Source: Puniceicoccaceae bacterium
Lineage (GTDB): Bacteria; Verrucomicrobiota; Verrucomicrobiia; Opitutales; Oceanipulchritudinaceae
Length of the DNA stretch: 64,000 bases
Direction of reading: 5' to 3'
Assembly (NCBI GenBank): GCA_040830765.1
Contig: JBFOMH010000007.1
Span: 1 to 64,000 of the forward strand
Shown here: positions 8,223-23,200 of the stretch, one piece after another
Position numbering within the stretch: the first letter of the stretch is position 1
How the letters are laid out: every line of letters starts with the position of its first letter
Made by a program: the position numbers and the translations under genes
Notes under the pieces: generated by a model
What the model saw: only the letters and a program-made list of their open reading frames with translations
The model's database searches: none
Told to the model about the DNA's origin: nothing

Positions 8223-11200
8223 CTAGTATAGGGAGTACAGATTATCCGCATCGACTGTGTCCGAAACCGGATTCAGGGGCTTGAACTCCACGAGCGACAT
8301 TACGGAATAATCACGGTTGATGAAGTTCAGCGGAGGGGCAAATGAAGTGACGGCTGAGGACAGTTGCGGGGGCCAGAAATTCCCTACCACAACAGGCTGT
8401 GGATCGGTGGTCTGGAGCTCAACGGTGTGGGCGGAAATGGTGTAGAATTCAGCGGGATGATGGATCGCGGGCTGGACATTGGAATCGCTGGAATGGGATT
8501 CCGAATCCGGCGCTACGAGATCATCTAGAACCGTAACAGGTTGTGAAACACTTTCATCGATAGGTGCGGGGGATGCCTCGGAGGCGTAGGCAAAATCATC
8601 CGTCTGGAAGGTCACTTCATCAAAGGCGACCTGGCCATGATTGGCAAGAATACCGAAGCTGCCATCCGTCACCAGCGCATTAAAGGCATGGCCCAGAATG
8701 AGCTGTTCATTCCACATCACACTGACCGTACTGCCCTTCAAAGTGACCTCAATATCCTGGGCACCCTTTCGCAAATCCCGATCGGCAAAGGCGGCATCAA
8801 CGAAGAATCCCTTGGCGGTACGGTGGCCGATCAGCACCTCACCGGAATCCGAGGAGACAACTACGAACTTGTAGTCCTCCAGCCCGTATTGGTCGAAGAC
8901 AAACCCACCCTCACCGTTGGCCGTTAAGGTTGCTGCCAGACGGATCAGGGAAGCCGGGGAGACGTCCAGCTGGATAAGGTCGATGGCGGCAACGTCGCCA
9001 CCGAGGGAGGCTGTCACGAAGCCGTTTTCGGTCACCCATGAACCACTAATTGGTTCAGCAAACAATCCGGATGAAACCGCCTCGAAGGTTTCCGTGAGGG
9101 TGAAGGTAACAGGCGGCCGGAGGCGCTGGACAATGACATTATCAATCATCGCCTTGGAGTTGTTGGCACCCAGACCGACCATGCCGTCCTTCAGCCCATG
9201 CGCGATCCCAAAGGCATCAATACGGAGTTCAAAGACATGGGAAAGGGAAACCTTGTTATCCACGGTGAGGGTTACGGTGGACCCGTTGAGCGCAAGGAAG
9301 ACATTATAATTAGTTCCGGCCTTGAGGGAACCGGGATAGACCGCCTGGACATCGACAATCCATTCAGTTTCCGTACGATGGCCTATTTCCAGCTTGCTGT
9401 TGGAGACGTTGATACCGGCAAACTTGAAATCTGTATCACTTTGATAATCAAAGACAATGTAGGCGTTGCTCTTGTAGCCCTTGATGGGCTTCACCGGGTT
9501 GAGCGAGGCCAGCATTTCAAAGTAGTTGGGGATGTATTCATCCACATGATAGACGCTCAAGGCATCCCCTCCCCTGAATTCAGGCTCGACCAGATAGGCG
9601 CCTTTCTCGACAGACCAGACTCCACTGTCGGCAAAGAATCCGTCGGATGAACCATCATTGAATCCGGCTGAGCGGAGGACGTCGCGCGGCCCGCCGGGGA
9701 TATTGCCAGCCTGCGGATCCGCCGGGGCCCCTGTCTGGTCCTGCCAGGCAAAGTCCTTTTGCAGGACCATTCCCAGCTCACCATGAGGCTCGCCGTTGCG
9801 GGACGGATTAGGATTATTTTTGGTCGGCTCAGGAATAATAGCTCCAATGGCATCGACATAGCGGGTCGGATCGGCTCCATCAGCGGCAGACAAGGCATAG
9901 AGGAATTCCGGCAGGAAGGGCTGCAGGGTGCGGCTGACGGAGGCCTGACCAAACGGTGCATAGGGCACGAGATAGCTGTTGTACTCCCCTACCCAGTCGA
10001 TGAGGCGGTCTCCGCCGGTATTGCCAATGAGGACATCACGCCCGGCCCCGCCATAGGCACGGTCCTCGTAGGTGGGATGGGTATCCGGTACCGTATTCAC
10101 CTTGGTGCCGTCATCATTGATATCGTGCTTGTCATCGGCGTTCAAGAGGTCATTGCCCCAACCGCCGTAGATGTTGTCACGACCGGTTCCACCGACAATC
10201 CAGTCGTTTCCGTTATCCCCGAAGATGGCGTCCTTGCCGTCGTCATAGACCTGCGGATAGGACTCGACCTGCTGGCCGGTGGGCTTTGGTACTTCACCTG
10301 CCGGCCGGGTCACGCCAAGGGAGGCAGCGGACTCATCAAAGTTGAGGAGGAACTCGACTCCGCCCCCGTCGTCGAGCTTGTAAAGCTCACCAGTCGCCGG
10401 ATCGAGGAGTATCTTGCGACGTGGATCGTATTCATCATAGAGGAAGAACTCGCCGGCCCGGAAGCGGTTGTTCAAGTGCTGCCCATCCTGGTCAACGGGA
10501 TTGAAAGCAAGGACGTTGCCGGCCTCCAGCACAGCCAGGCTAACCGTATCACCCGGATTGATGGGATTCGGCAGCTGGAATACGTTGTAGCCGAGGTTCA
10601 GGACGCCGTCGGGGTTTCCATCAAGATCAAAGGTCGGAACATAGGCATCCGGAAGGGCCCCGGCACCGGACATGGCATCGTCGCCCGAACCACCGTGCAG
10701 GAAGTCACTGCCAAGGCCACCGAAGATGATGTCGTCAGCGTAAGGAGTATTGGTATCGTCGTCGTGGAATTCGTCGTCCATGGCCATCCAGCCGTATTCA
10801 TAGCTAAACGGAACAAGGTCAGCGGTCTTCTTGAGCGCGCCTTCAAGATGAATTCTGGCAATCTGGATTTCACCCGGTGTGTAAATCAATTCTCCAAGCG
10901 CATCACCGTTGGAGTAGCGCGGGCTGGCATCCCTGTCGAGCAGGCCCGCGATCCCGTAAAGCGGTTCACCTTCGACACTGTTGCGGCTGGTCAGGAGGAG
11001 CCCATCGTCGCCAACAACTCCATCCTGTCCAGTGCCCCCGGCGATCCAATCGTTACCGTAGCCACCGACAATGTCATCGTCCTGTCCTTCACCATAGATG
11101 GCATCGCTGCCAGTCATTCCAAAGATATAGTCATCGCCAGCTTCACCATGGATGATGTCGGCAAGGCCGTTGTCAGCCACACCGTCAATAATAGCTGCAC

Positions 11201-14200
11201 CAGATGGCGTGTAATCCTGACCAAGGGTAGCGTAGTCGGCACCCCCAAGGGTGTAATCCAACTGTTCCATAGCACGCGGGATGATGCGGATTTCGCCACG
11301 GTCCTCGCTGCCTTCATCGGTTGTGAAGCTTTCGTCGTAATTATAAGTGCGGAATACATCGGGTGCCTGCGGGTCCGCGTTGGTTTCAACGATCCGGTAG
11401 ACGTTGGCATTATCGCCCATGATGAAGTCGGCATCATTGGCGTGCCCGGTCGGATCGGTCAGGATGACCTGTTCATCGTAGGTGGTCGCGATATCGTCAT
11501 ACCATGTCGCGTCACCGATATCGTTGTAATCGATGTCAACGCCTGCGCCGCCAAAGATGATGTCGGATCCATCAGGACGCATTTGCTCCGCCGTCAGGGT
11601 GAGCAAGGCGGCATTGACGCTATCGAGGCCGAAGAGGGCCGAACTGCCGCCAATCATGTCATCCTGGCCAAGGCCGCCGTACATGAGGTCGTTCCCTCCA
11701 TTGCCTTCCATGTAGTCGTCACCATCGGTCACCGCCTCGGGAATGTTGAAGTAAAGGGTCTCATCGGTGTCGGGAGTCTTGGTCGTGTCATCGACGACTT
11801 CCAGCTCGTGGCTGACGAACGGATCCCCTTCCTCATCGACTCCCACGTTCTGTATCGACTCAATCGCTCCGTCGCCCTGCATCAGGTCATCTCCGAGCTG
11901 TCCGTACATGATGTCGGCGCCCGGACCACCCGCCATGACGTCCTGACCATAGCGGCCGTTGGCGATTGCCTCGATGCCGTCATCGTGGTCGACCAGTTGG
12001 ACATCCCGGCCGGTGGACTGGTCTGGATCCAGCTGCTTGTCGCTGGTGATATTGGTTGTAATGGTATCCGGCCCGGTGGTGTAGAGCTGGTCACCAGTCA
12101 GGTCACGGAAGCGCGGGTTGGCGACATCTCCCCGGCGCCAGATAATGGTGTTGTCACCGGCCATGCTGTCATTGCCGGTTCCGCCATCCATGAGGTCATT
12201 CATCTTCAAGTCGCCATTGGAAGGATTCAGGCTCACGGTCACTTCAGGGATACCAGCGTTGGTTTCGCCCAATTCATCGTAGCCGCCGCCAATTCCCTGA
12301 TCGCCGGATACATTGTGGCCGCCGGTCATATCATCGTCATCACTACCTCCCCACATCCGGTCGTCTCCCTGTTGGCCGAGCATGATGTCATCCCCTTCTT
12401 CACCATGCATCACATCCCCTTCGCCTGCGTCGGCTTCTGCCGTATGAATGGCGAAGTAATTGCGGGCGTGGAAGACGTGGCCATCAACGAGTGCGGGAAC
12501 GAGTGCGGTGTCGGCGGGATCTTCGTACCAGCGGGCATACTGTGGATAGAGCCGGCCGTGGTCCCCGAACATGACGTCATTGTTCAGGGTCGCCACCGCA
12601 AAGAAGTCCACTTCGTCGGCGTCGTCTCCGTAAATGGTATCGAGGTCGGTTCCGCCAAAGATTAAGTCGCTTCCCTCATCGCCATAAATCCAATCGCGCC
12701 CGCCATTTCTGGGCTGCTCGGTGGTAACGAGATCCAAGGTGGTCAGGTCGGTGTCTGCCTCTGCTGGATCAAACTTGGCAAACAACTCTGGATTATTGGC
12801 ATCAATATCGATCCCGTAGATTTCATCGAGGCGCCCGGTTGAGAGCCATTCCCAGGAGCCGTTGTCCCCGAGGATGATGTCGTCGCCGTCATCAGCGGTA
12901 GTGGAGGCTGTTGGTGATGCTCGGTCACCATAGAGATAATCCCCTTCAACCCCGCCGGCAATGATGTCGCCACCGGCATTGCCGGAAATCGTATCGACGC
13001 CACCCGTATCGAGCGGATCATCGTCATCCTCGTCCGTGGTGACGATGGTCTTTACGGCCGCATCAAGGACCACTTTCAGGTCACCTCCGGAGGCGCTACC
13101 GACAGCAACCAGGAAGATGTCCGCATTGTCACCGATGAGGATATCGTCCATATCGGCCGAAGCAGCCGAGGCGTCATCGTCATCCCCGTAAATCGTGTCA
13201 TCCCCCGTTCCACCGATGGCGACATCCTCGCCCTTGTTGCCAGACATATCATCCGTGCCGCCCAAGCCATCCTCGAAGGATTGAATCAGGTCGAGGGTGG
13301 TCCGGTCCGTATCCGCTGCATAGGTGAAGTCCAAAAGGCCGTTGTCGCCGAGCATGATGTCATCGGCATCATCGGCAATTGTGGTGGAATCCGGTACCAC
13401 CCGATCCCCGTACATGAAGTCGGTTCCGCCATTGTTGACCCCACCCAGCATTATGTCCGCCTTGGCGTTGCCGGACATGGTGTCCGGACCACCGATTGCT
13501 TCGACCTCTGACAGCTCATCAAAGTCGGGATCGCCCTCGTCGATGTCGTCGATTGTGGCGATCAGGTCAACGGTCGTGGGATACTCGGAAGCCGCCACCT
13601 GGACATAAAGGCGTCCAAAATTGGTGATATCGTTGAGATAGGCGTCGGGGCTGTCGAAATCATAGGAGGGATCGTTGATGAGTTCGACCTTCCCGTTGTC
13701 ACCCAGCATGATGTCCTCGCCATCGAGCGATCCGTGCGAGGCCGTAGCATCATCCCCATACATGAGGTCCCCGGCTGTTCCGCCAATGAGGACGTCATCT
13801 CCCTGGTCCCCGGAAATCCAGTCTTCCCCACCGAGCCCGTCACGATAAGAGCGGATGAGATCAATCGTGTTCAGGTCGGGGATACCGGCACCAAGAGCCT
13901 CATCCAGCGAGAAGTCGATTTCCCCGTTATCACCAAGGATGATGTCCTGGCCGTCGCTGCCGAAGAGGACATCGACGCTGCCATTGACGCCACCAAAGAT
14001 GACATCGTTGTCGAGCTCGCCCTCTACATACTCGTGACCGCCGGTTACATCGTCTTCATCTGTGGTCCGGACCATTTCAAGGTGGCCGAAATTCGGCTCG
14101 TGAGTATCATCGGCGAAGAGCAATTCGCCGTTATCGCCAACAATGATATCGTTGTCACTGGCCTCTGGGTCCGTGGGACCGCGGAAGGCACCAAGAGCAT

Positions 14201-17200
14201 CCTCGAAGTTTGGTTCGGTAATATCAACAACCTTGCCATGGCCACCGAAGAGGTAATCGCTGCCACGTCCGCCCAGGATATAGTCCTGTCCGTTGTCCCC
14301 ATAAATGATGTCATCAAAGGGATGGCCATCGACATTGGCATCCACATCAACAGCCCCGATGATGGTCTCGATGGACCGGAAGCGGCGCTCGTTGAAGGTA
14401 ACCTTGCCGCCGTCCCCGATTATAACGTCCTCACTGATCGGCGTTACGTCCTCGGGAGCTGGTGTGTTGGCTACCGGGAGTCGCGGATCAACATCGCCGC
14501 CAAACAAGTCGTTGCCCCCGCCACCGAGCATGATGTCGTCGCCAGCATCGCCGGAGAGGATGTCGTCGCCGTCGCCATTGACCACATCGGTAATAATCAG
14601 GTCGAGGGTGCGAATGTCCTGGTCATGGAATTGTCCAACCAAAAGAGCGGCATTGCCGATTCCGATGGATACGACCGTCGGATCCAAGTCGGTGGCAAGC
14701 TTGGCAATCAATCCATCATCCCCGAACATGATATCATTGCTGCTCCCGCCGACCACGAGGTCGTCATCAACACCACCAAACAGGAGGTCAGGTTCGGTCT
14801 GCCCGAAGACCTGGTCGTCACCGGCATCGCCGAACATGACATCGGCACCGGTATCGCCCTTCATGACGTCATTGTCGCCATCCCCGTGCATGAAGTCGTT
14901 GCCGGAACCACCCGCCATGACATCGTCACCGTCGTTGCCGTAGAGAACATCGGCCTGGTCGCCGCCATAAATTGAATCGTTATTGGCCCCGCCGCTGATT
15001 TTGTCGAATCCCTTGCCGCCAAGGAGGATGTCGTCGCCGCCATTCCCCTCGATGGTATCATCGCCAGTACCCCCGAGGACAAGGTCGTTACCTCCATCCC
15101 CATGAATCTCGTCATTGCCACCCAGACCCAGGTTGGCTGCGCGAATCCTGTCCAGGACAGCATCCTCAACGGCGTCAATTCCAGCGCTGATAATGGCCGG
15201 TTCAACGTAGCTGCTGATGGGGACAGGCACATAGGCGGCAGGAAGCAAGCCGGCGACATCCACATGTTCGCCACTCATCGTGTAGGCGAAGCGTCCACCA
15301 TCCCCGAGGATGAGATCGATACCATCGCCACCGCGCAGGATATCACTTCCACCGGCACCGATGACGACGTCATCCCCTTTGCCGCCGTCCATATTATCGG
15401 CCCCGTCCGTTTCCTGGATACGGCTACTGATATAGGTGGTCGCAAAGCGCCCGTCGTCACCAAAGAGGATGTCGTATCCGCCATTGCCCCAGACCGTGTC
15501 GTTCCCTTCGTTGCCATAGATTACATCGTTAGCGGGACCGCCCTTCAGGGTGTCGTTGCCGAGACCACCGATGATGATGAAGCCTTCGGTGTCACTTGAA
15601 GCTGTCGTTCCATCAAAGACAATGGTGTCGTCGCCCACCCCACCAAACACATAACCGGTGATCTGGCTTCCGCCGTCACTGGTATCGGCGTCGAAATTCT
15701 TGAAAGTGATGGTGTCGTTGCCTTCCCCTCCGTAGGCGATGATTTCATGGACTCCCTCATATTCCTGTCCGGAGGTAACGCCCAGGTTGGAAGAGGAGAC
15801 TTTGACTTTCCCGTCACTCACATAGGTCACTGTGAAGTCCTCATTCCCATCGGAAGTATCACCATTGAGGCGGTCCTGGGCATTCGGTCCCATATTGAGG
15901 TAGAGCACACCGCCCTCTTCGGTTCCCAGGCGGGGCAAGCGTTCAAAATCAACCCCAAAGTCAAGAAGCGTGATCTCCGGAGTGATCGGGAATTCCTCCT
16001 CAATGCCAAGTAACGAGACCTCAAGGAAGGCAAAGAGTTCAAACGTCAGCTTACCGCCAACGTCGAAGGCGCCCAGGAGGCCATCCATCTCGATATTTCC
16101 GTAAATCTCACTGATGTGAACATGGCCGTCCGCCACCGAATCATTCCAATCAAAGGTAATGAGCGCATTAACGCCACCACCGACACCGCCACGGGCGATG
16201 ATCAGGTTCAGTTCCGCTGCTCCCACGAGGCCAAACTGGAAGATGATTTCCGGATCATCCGACGTGTCCGTTTCACCGTCGCTGAAGAAGAAGCCGTCGA
16301 GAATCAACGCCCCGTTACGGAAATCCGTCTGCGCCCAGCGCCGGATTCCATAGGTGTCGAATCCCACGGAATGCAAATCAAGGGTGAAGCTGAAATTGAT
16401 CTCAATCGACACGGCCAGCGGTCCCCACACGGGGAAGACCTGAAGGTATTCAAAGCCCACGCTGAGCGGCGGGAGTTCGTATTCGACAATCGTGGCATCC
16501 TGGTTGACGAACATCTTTATTATTTCGAGGGCACCGAGGCTGGGATCAAAGATCGGCATCGTCAGGCCATCGACCAGATTGCCCGTTCCCAGGTCGGTCA
16601 GGAAGGAGGAACCGGAGATGAGGGTACTGAATTGGGAGTCGATATTCAGCCCGGGAGTGGTCAACAGGAGTGCCTCCGCGCCAAGTGGATCCCCGGTGAG
16701 CGGATCGGGATTGAAGTAATTGCTCCCGGGTGTGCCAATATCAAACAGGGTCAGATCCCCGAGGATAAGCGTCGGGAGGCTGCCGAGTTGCCCGATTTCT
16801 CCAATCAGCTTAAGGATATCGGCAACGGCCTCGATAAAGCGCGTATCGACATCGTCACTCAACAGGCCCGCCAGGTCAATCAGGGTAAAGGGCTCGCCCG
16901 CAAGGTCGGAAAGGATGGGAATCTCGGCCGTCAGGATATCGATCACCGGCATGAAAGGTTCAATAAACTCGGCTATCTTCTGCAGAGGCTGGCCCAGAGC
17001 TTCCTGAACCGCGTAGAGGGCGTCGAACTCCATGCCATCGAGCTTGATCAACTGGATACCTGGTGTGACGGCATCACCCTCCAGGTCGTCGACATCGGTT
17101 GTCGGCAAGGCCCAGTCGAAGATGAAGTCACTTGTCATGACCGGTAGAATCGAAACCGTCTTGGTGATCAAGTGGAGGTTGGCGGCATAAGTGGCGCCAT

Positions 17201-20200
17201 CGAGCCGGTTACCGGTAAGGGTGGCTTCCGGATTGAGGCTGCCGATATCGGCAAAGCCGAGGCGAGCTTCCCCGGTAGTACCGTTCTTGACATCAACAGC
17301 AAAGACAAGGTCCGCCCCACTATTCCCGCCAGGATCTGTCACATCAAGCTTGAGGAATCCGAGTTCCCCGTCGAAGGGCCCTGTTCCGGGCAGCTCGATC
17401 TTTAAATCAAGGTCGACATCATCGGCATCCGAGACGTCGATGTAGGCCCCATTGCCGAAGTCCACCCCAAAGGTGATCTCGATGCTCCAGTCAAAGGTGA
17501 CCGTCAGGGGCGCTTCCATGTCAAAGAGCAGGTGGTCCGGCCCGATGTCAAAGTCGTCAAAGGTGAGGATTTGCGCCTGGGTGTCTGTGCGTCCCACCGT
17601 GAAAGTCCACTCGCGGTAGCGGTCCTCCGGAGGAACCGCCGGGCCAAGGTTGTTTGTCTGGACAGGCCCCGAAATGAGATAGGCGGAAAGCGGCCCGGTG
17701 AAGGCGGCTGTGATGAGGGACTGGATGATTGTGTCAGGATCGGGATCCACCGCGTTCTCAACCCCGTTCTTGATCGTCCGGGTAAGGGCCCGGCGGAAGT
17801 CCTCGATAAAGAGGATATCGGCCATTTGGTCGCCGATGAAGGGGAGATCAATACCAAGCACTTCCCCGGCCAGCTCGTCACTCAGGAGTTCCAGGTAGAG
17901 GTCAAGGGTGTCAATCGCCAGGAGGATGTTTTCAAAGGGATCATAGGGCACCACTTCTTCGGTAATGTCATCCACGATATCCCCGTAATCCGGCTCCGTG
18001 ACGGTCAGGCCAGCAATGCCCCCACTGGCCGCATACTCACCAATAAAGTCGTTCGGTCCTTCACCGCCATAGAACATGGGCAGGACGATTTCGATATCAT
18101 CGGCAAGGATTAACGGGGCAATCCAGTCACCGTAGGCGACTGTATCGAGAAGTTGGCGACCCGAGCCACCGAAATCAAGACCCGGCAGAATGAAGACAAA
18201 ACTGATCAAAACATCCCCGTCCTTGATGAACACCGACAAGGGGCCGACGTTGGAGCGGAAGACCAGACCGAGACCTTTCTGACCTCCGGGAATGTCATAT
18301 TCCTGGCCCTCTCCTATAACATCGATTCCGCCACCTATGTAAGAGGAATCGAGGAGATAAATCTGCGAGGGTGAATTCAGATCGGTAGCGGTCTCCAGAT
18401 GGACGGCCAGCGCTCCATAGACTTCCAGCACGCCGGCACTGGTAAGGTTGGGAGAGGTGGGACCTGTGACAATGTCCAGACCCAGCTTGGTGCTGACCTC
18501 ATTGAACAGGTTCATGCTCAGCAGCAATTCCGTGCTCCCGGTATCGTAATCCAGCTTGACGTAGTTGACAGGACCGCCACCGCCGTAGGGATCAACGCCG
18601 TCCGGAAGGCCGAAGGCTCCCCGCAAGGCCTGGGGAAGGTCCTGCAGGCGCAGCGCAGGCAGACCCAATTCAAATCCCTCGGGACCGATGGCAAACTCGG
18701 CTGCTGCGAGGACTTCCTCAATATTGGCGGCACCCCGTTCGAACGCACCCGTCAGGTCGAGCAACTGCCCGACGCTCCGGTTGATGGCCGGCAGAAGTTT
18801 GTTCAATTCCGTGAAACTGGTATTCACGTCAAGGACCACATTAAGGAGGCCGTTGACCAGCCGCCGCACGCTGTCGTAATCGTAATCATCGAGGAAGCGG
18901 AGGTCGCCCAGGGAATTCAAGACCAAGCCCCCGGTGGAGGGTTCCGTCGGGACATAAGGATTCCCGAAATCAACCAGGACAAAGGGGACGGTATAGGGTG
19001 CATCATCGAGGGCCTTGAAGTCACTGTCGAAGGCAAGGTCATCAAACCCCTCCTGGACCTGCACGACGAGGTTGAAGCTACCAAAGTTACCCTCGGGTTC
19101 CGGTATCCCGTTGACCTGGGCAACCGTTCCCGTGTCAGGTGCCACAATGACGTCATCATCCGAGAAGGTCCCTGTGACGTTGGACAGGAGCAGGTATCCG
19201 GTCGATCCGGAAGCGACAACCGTGGCAATGACGGCGATATCACCGGGATCCGCACCAATCAAAACATCTCCGGGGGTAAAATCGGTCGGTCCGAGCTCAT
19301 TGTCATAATCCAGCTTAAGCAATTTCTCAACTGTGGCCGGATAGAGGGTGAAGTCCTGCTTCATCAACTCTTCCAGGGTGATCTGGTTCTTGGGTCCGCC
19401 GGGATCGGCGAGGTCGGCCGAAATCTCAGCGGTCAAGCTCCCGTCGACATGAACATCCACCCCGACAATGCCATATAGTCCCGAACCGGGAACACCGGTC
19501 CCCGGGTTGACGGTAGCCATGGAGAGCCCGAGTTGCATTTCCGCATCCCTTACGAAGAAACGGCCATCCAGGCTGGTCAGGCCGATGTTACCGCCCTCGA
19601 TCACGTTGGGATTCCCCACAAGCTCGGTTTCCGCAGGTGGCGGAAGCAAATCCGGCTCAGTCAGGAACAAGCCAAGGCCCAGCAGGGCTTCGGATCCGTT
19701 GATGGTTGAGATCTGGAAGGCTTCAGTCCCCCCCGTGATATCCTTCAAGCGCAGCCCCGAGTGGAGGAAGTTGTAGGCCGCCTCGAAGCTGAACGGAGCA
19801 ATGGTGTTCAGGTAGCCGATAAGGTCCGCCATTGTCGGTCCCGGAACATCGTCGATGGATACCAGGTGTTCGACGCCATCCCGGGTCTGGATGATAAAGT
19901 CCGCCTTGATGGCCACATCGCTGACCTCGGCAGGATATACAACCGGGTAGCCCAATTGTTGCTGGGAATACTCATTATTGACTTTGATGGTGAAGTCGGT
20001 GGATGGATCCAAGGCCGCAATGACAATGCGGGAGGTATCGTAGAGACTTCCGTCAGGCGGTGTGGTGCTGTCGTAATCAGCAACGAGGACGGCATCAAGG
20101 CCGGCATCGGCAATGGCATCGTTCACTTGATTGACCAAGTCCTCAATCGACCAGTACTTCTGGAAACCGGGAAGCACTATCTCCACCTCAGGACCGGCGT

Positions 20201-23200
20201 TCACCTCGACCGAGAAAGCGACATCGAGTAGGAACGGATAAAGGTACTCCCGTTCCGCACCCCCTAGCGGGACTATGCGAGGCACATCAAACTCCCGCGG
20301 GAAGGTGACTGCCTTCACCTCCATGAAGTCGAGGCCATCCTCGCCATTGAGTTCATCAAAGGAAGTGGTGTCAAAAATGGCAAATCCGGGAGGAGAGAGA
20401 TCCACCCCCATGGTCATGGCCAAGCCAGTGCGGCCGGATATCGTCACGGAGACATCGGCAGCCGCAGCCGCGCTGTCAGGCGCGAGCTTGCTGAAGGGAT
20501 CCAGCGGAACATTGAATTCGAAGGGCACCAGCCCGTCCGCCGTGTCTTCATTGCGGTCATTGTCGGTGACGATATTGCGACCGTATCCTTCGAGGACGAG
20601 TTGATAGGTCAATTCATTGTTACCTGAATGATAGGCAGCCTGAACCAGTCCCGGCCCCAGAAGAAAATCCAGCCGGTCCGCGAGGGACTGTGCCGTGAAG
20701 AAGGTGGTCACGAGGGTCTTCGTGCCATCGATAGTGGTCAGTTTCATCAACCGGTTTGTCCCATCGGGTCCTTCAAGGCCGTCGACCCCGACATCAAACA
20801 CCAGCATGTCAATCAGGCCACCATAGCGTTCACCATCCCCGTCGGCGTAGTTGAAAAACTGCGACAGGGTAGCATCGGCAAAGGGAATCTGGTAATCGCG
20901 GAAAACTTCCGTCTGGGAAAGTTGCTGCAGGGCGGTGCCGAGGCTGGAGATAAGGCCAATCATGCTCTCGGCGTTGAGGATGCTGAAGTTGAGCAGCTCG
21001 CCAAAGTTGACCAGTCGGATTTCGTTACTGATGCCGCCCGGTCCCGGGACGGAGGATGCGGGAGAATCCTGGTCGGGAAGCCCGGGGTTGGGATCATACG
21101 TGAAGATCAGCCGGAATCTTCGTTCCACATCATCGTATTCTGCCTTGTCGGAGTTGAAGGGATCAAAATTCGCCACAAGACGCGCATCCGTCACCTGGAA
21201 ATTGTCGGGGGGACCAGTTGTGGCATCATCCAGTCCTGCATTAACCGTGACGGGCAGAAGGATTTGCACGTTGGAACTACCGCCCTTGCTGGCCTCGAAG
21301 AGTTCCGCGGCCGGTACCAGCAGTTCAGAGTAGGTAATGCCCGCGTCAAAGGTCAGCGTGCCGGAAATCTCCAGGACGTCGTCAGGCGCACCTCCTTGCA
21401 ACCAGATGGTGCCTCCCGAGTTGAGGGCATTGACACCAGACAGGCCCGCATAGTTGAGGGCGCGCTGCAAGTCGGCAACCATGTCATCCATGTCCTGGTT
21501 CTTCACCCGGACCTGGATGTCCCAGACCGAGTCGGAGGTGGCCTTGAGACGGACTTGACCACTGGATTCGACTGCCTCCACACCCGTTCCACTGATAGCG
21601 GTATTGATGGCGGCAATCAGTCCCAGAAGGTCACGCCCCTCCGCGGCGCTGATAACATATGTCGCAAAGGTACCAAGGTTGGTACGCATGTGGAAGACTG
21701 CCGTGTCGTCGGTATAAGCATCCCCGTCATCGAAGTCCGTGTCGCCGACCGTCCCACCGGTCAATTGCACCGTGACTGCCTTGGGCCCGATAAATCCAAG
21801 CCCGGATTCAGCATAGGTACTGTCGATGGACAGGAGCGTGATTCCGGCCACCGAGCTGTCACCGGAGATGTAGAGGTATCCACCGGATTGACCGGCGGTA
21901 ATATTGGTAAAGAGTGCCGCATCCAGGGCATCCTGCAGGTCCACGACTAATTTATCGGTGTCGCCAAGGTTATCGCCCGTACTTACCTTGGTAACATTGA
22001 CCTGGGCTTGATGAGAGGTCCCATCATCAAACCGTACCCGCAAGGTAAAGAGGGCATCTCCACCAAATTCATTGGAATTGGCGATCAGGTCGGCCTCGAG
22101 GTCATCCACCAGGCTGGCGGTCAGGCCTTCACTGAAGCCAATATCCGTTTCACTGGGATCCGCAAAGCGCAGGCTGACCACGCCCGGGACTTCACCGTTC
22201 TCCGAGAGGAGGAAGGTTACGTTGGAGCTGTATTCAAAGGTCGCGTTGCCGCTAATGGCATTGAGGGGCAAGACTGCGGAACTGATCGTCTCGTTACCCA
22301 TGCCAAGGGGATTGGTGGTCAGGGTCGGCCACAGCCCGAAGGAAAGGTGATTCACTCCGTCAATGACGGCGAAAACAAGGTGATCGATATCAGCGTCCGC
22401 GAGGGCCAAATTGATAGCAGCCTGCAGACCAGCCTTGTTTACATAATCACCCGCCGGGACCAGTACCGGAGTGGATTCTCCCAGGTTGCCGAGGCGAAGG
22501 AAGAACCCGACATCATGCTCAAGGTTCCAACTGGGGATGGCGCTGTTGCCGGTCACATATCCAGCGGTCTTCTCCAGTCCAAACTGGGCATCGGTAAATC
22601 CGAGCAGGTCGGGATCATTAGCGTCAATCAAGTCTGTCTCAACCGTAGCGTTGAAGTTCAGGCTGCCGCCGGTGACTTCAGTTCCGAGGAAGCCGACATG
22701 CATATGGAAATCAAGCGGGGAAACATTTGACTGAGCGGATACGGTCAGGGGATCAGCCCAGCGAATGAAGAAGTCCTCCGCATCAATGACGTCATCCGAG
22801 GTCTGCCCTCCCGTATGGATGCCGAACTCAAAGCGGAAGCCGAGGGTGGTCGTTACCGGGACCTTGACCTGCCCAGCGTTTTCCCATGTCCCGGTGAACG
22901 GGAACATCCGGAATGCATCCGCATCCAGGCCAAGATCAATTGGCATGTCCTGGGATACCGAAAGCTCGAAGCGCAGGACAAACGTCAGCTCGGCATCCGG
23001 ATCTTCGGTGGTATCACCAGTGTTTATATCGACGATATTGAAGTGAACCTCCGGACCGGAGGGATCAAAGAAGCTGGTCCGGAAATCGGTCAGGTGCCGG
23101 TCCAGTCCATTGTCAAAGATCCCGGATCCCTTCAGGAAGTCTACAATATCCCCGGTTGTGGCAGGATGGGAATTCAGGTAATCAACCAACGGAGTAAAGA

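Noticed and set aside
9759..12665. 968-aa + strand ORF and other long + strand ORFs across 200-23900
   Set aside because: Antisense shadows of the giant minus-strand genes, with no motifs of their own.
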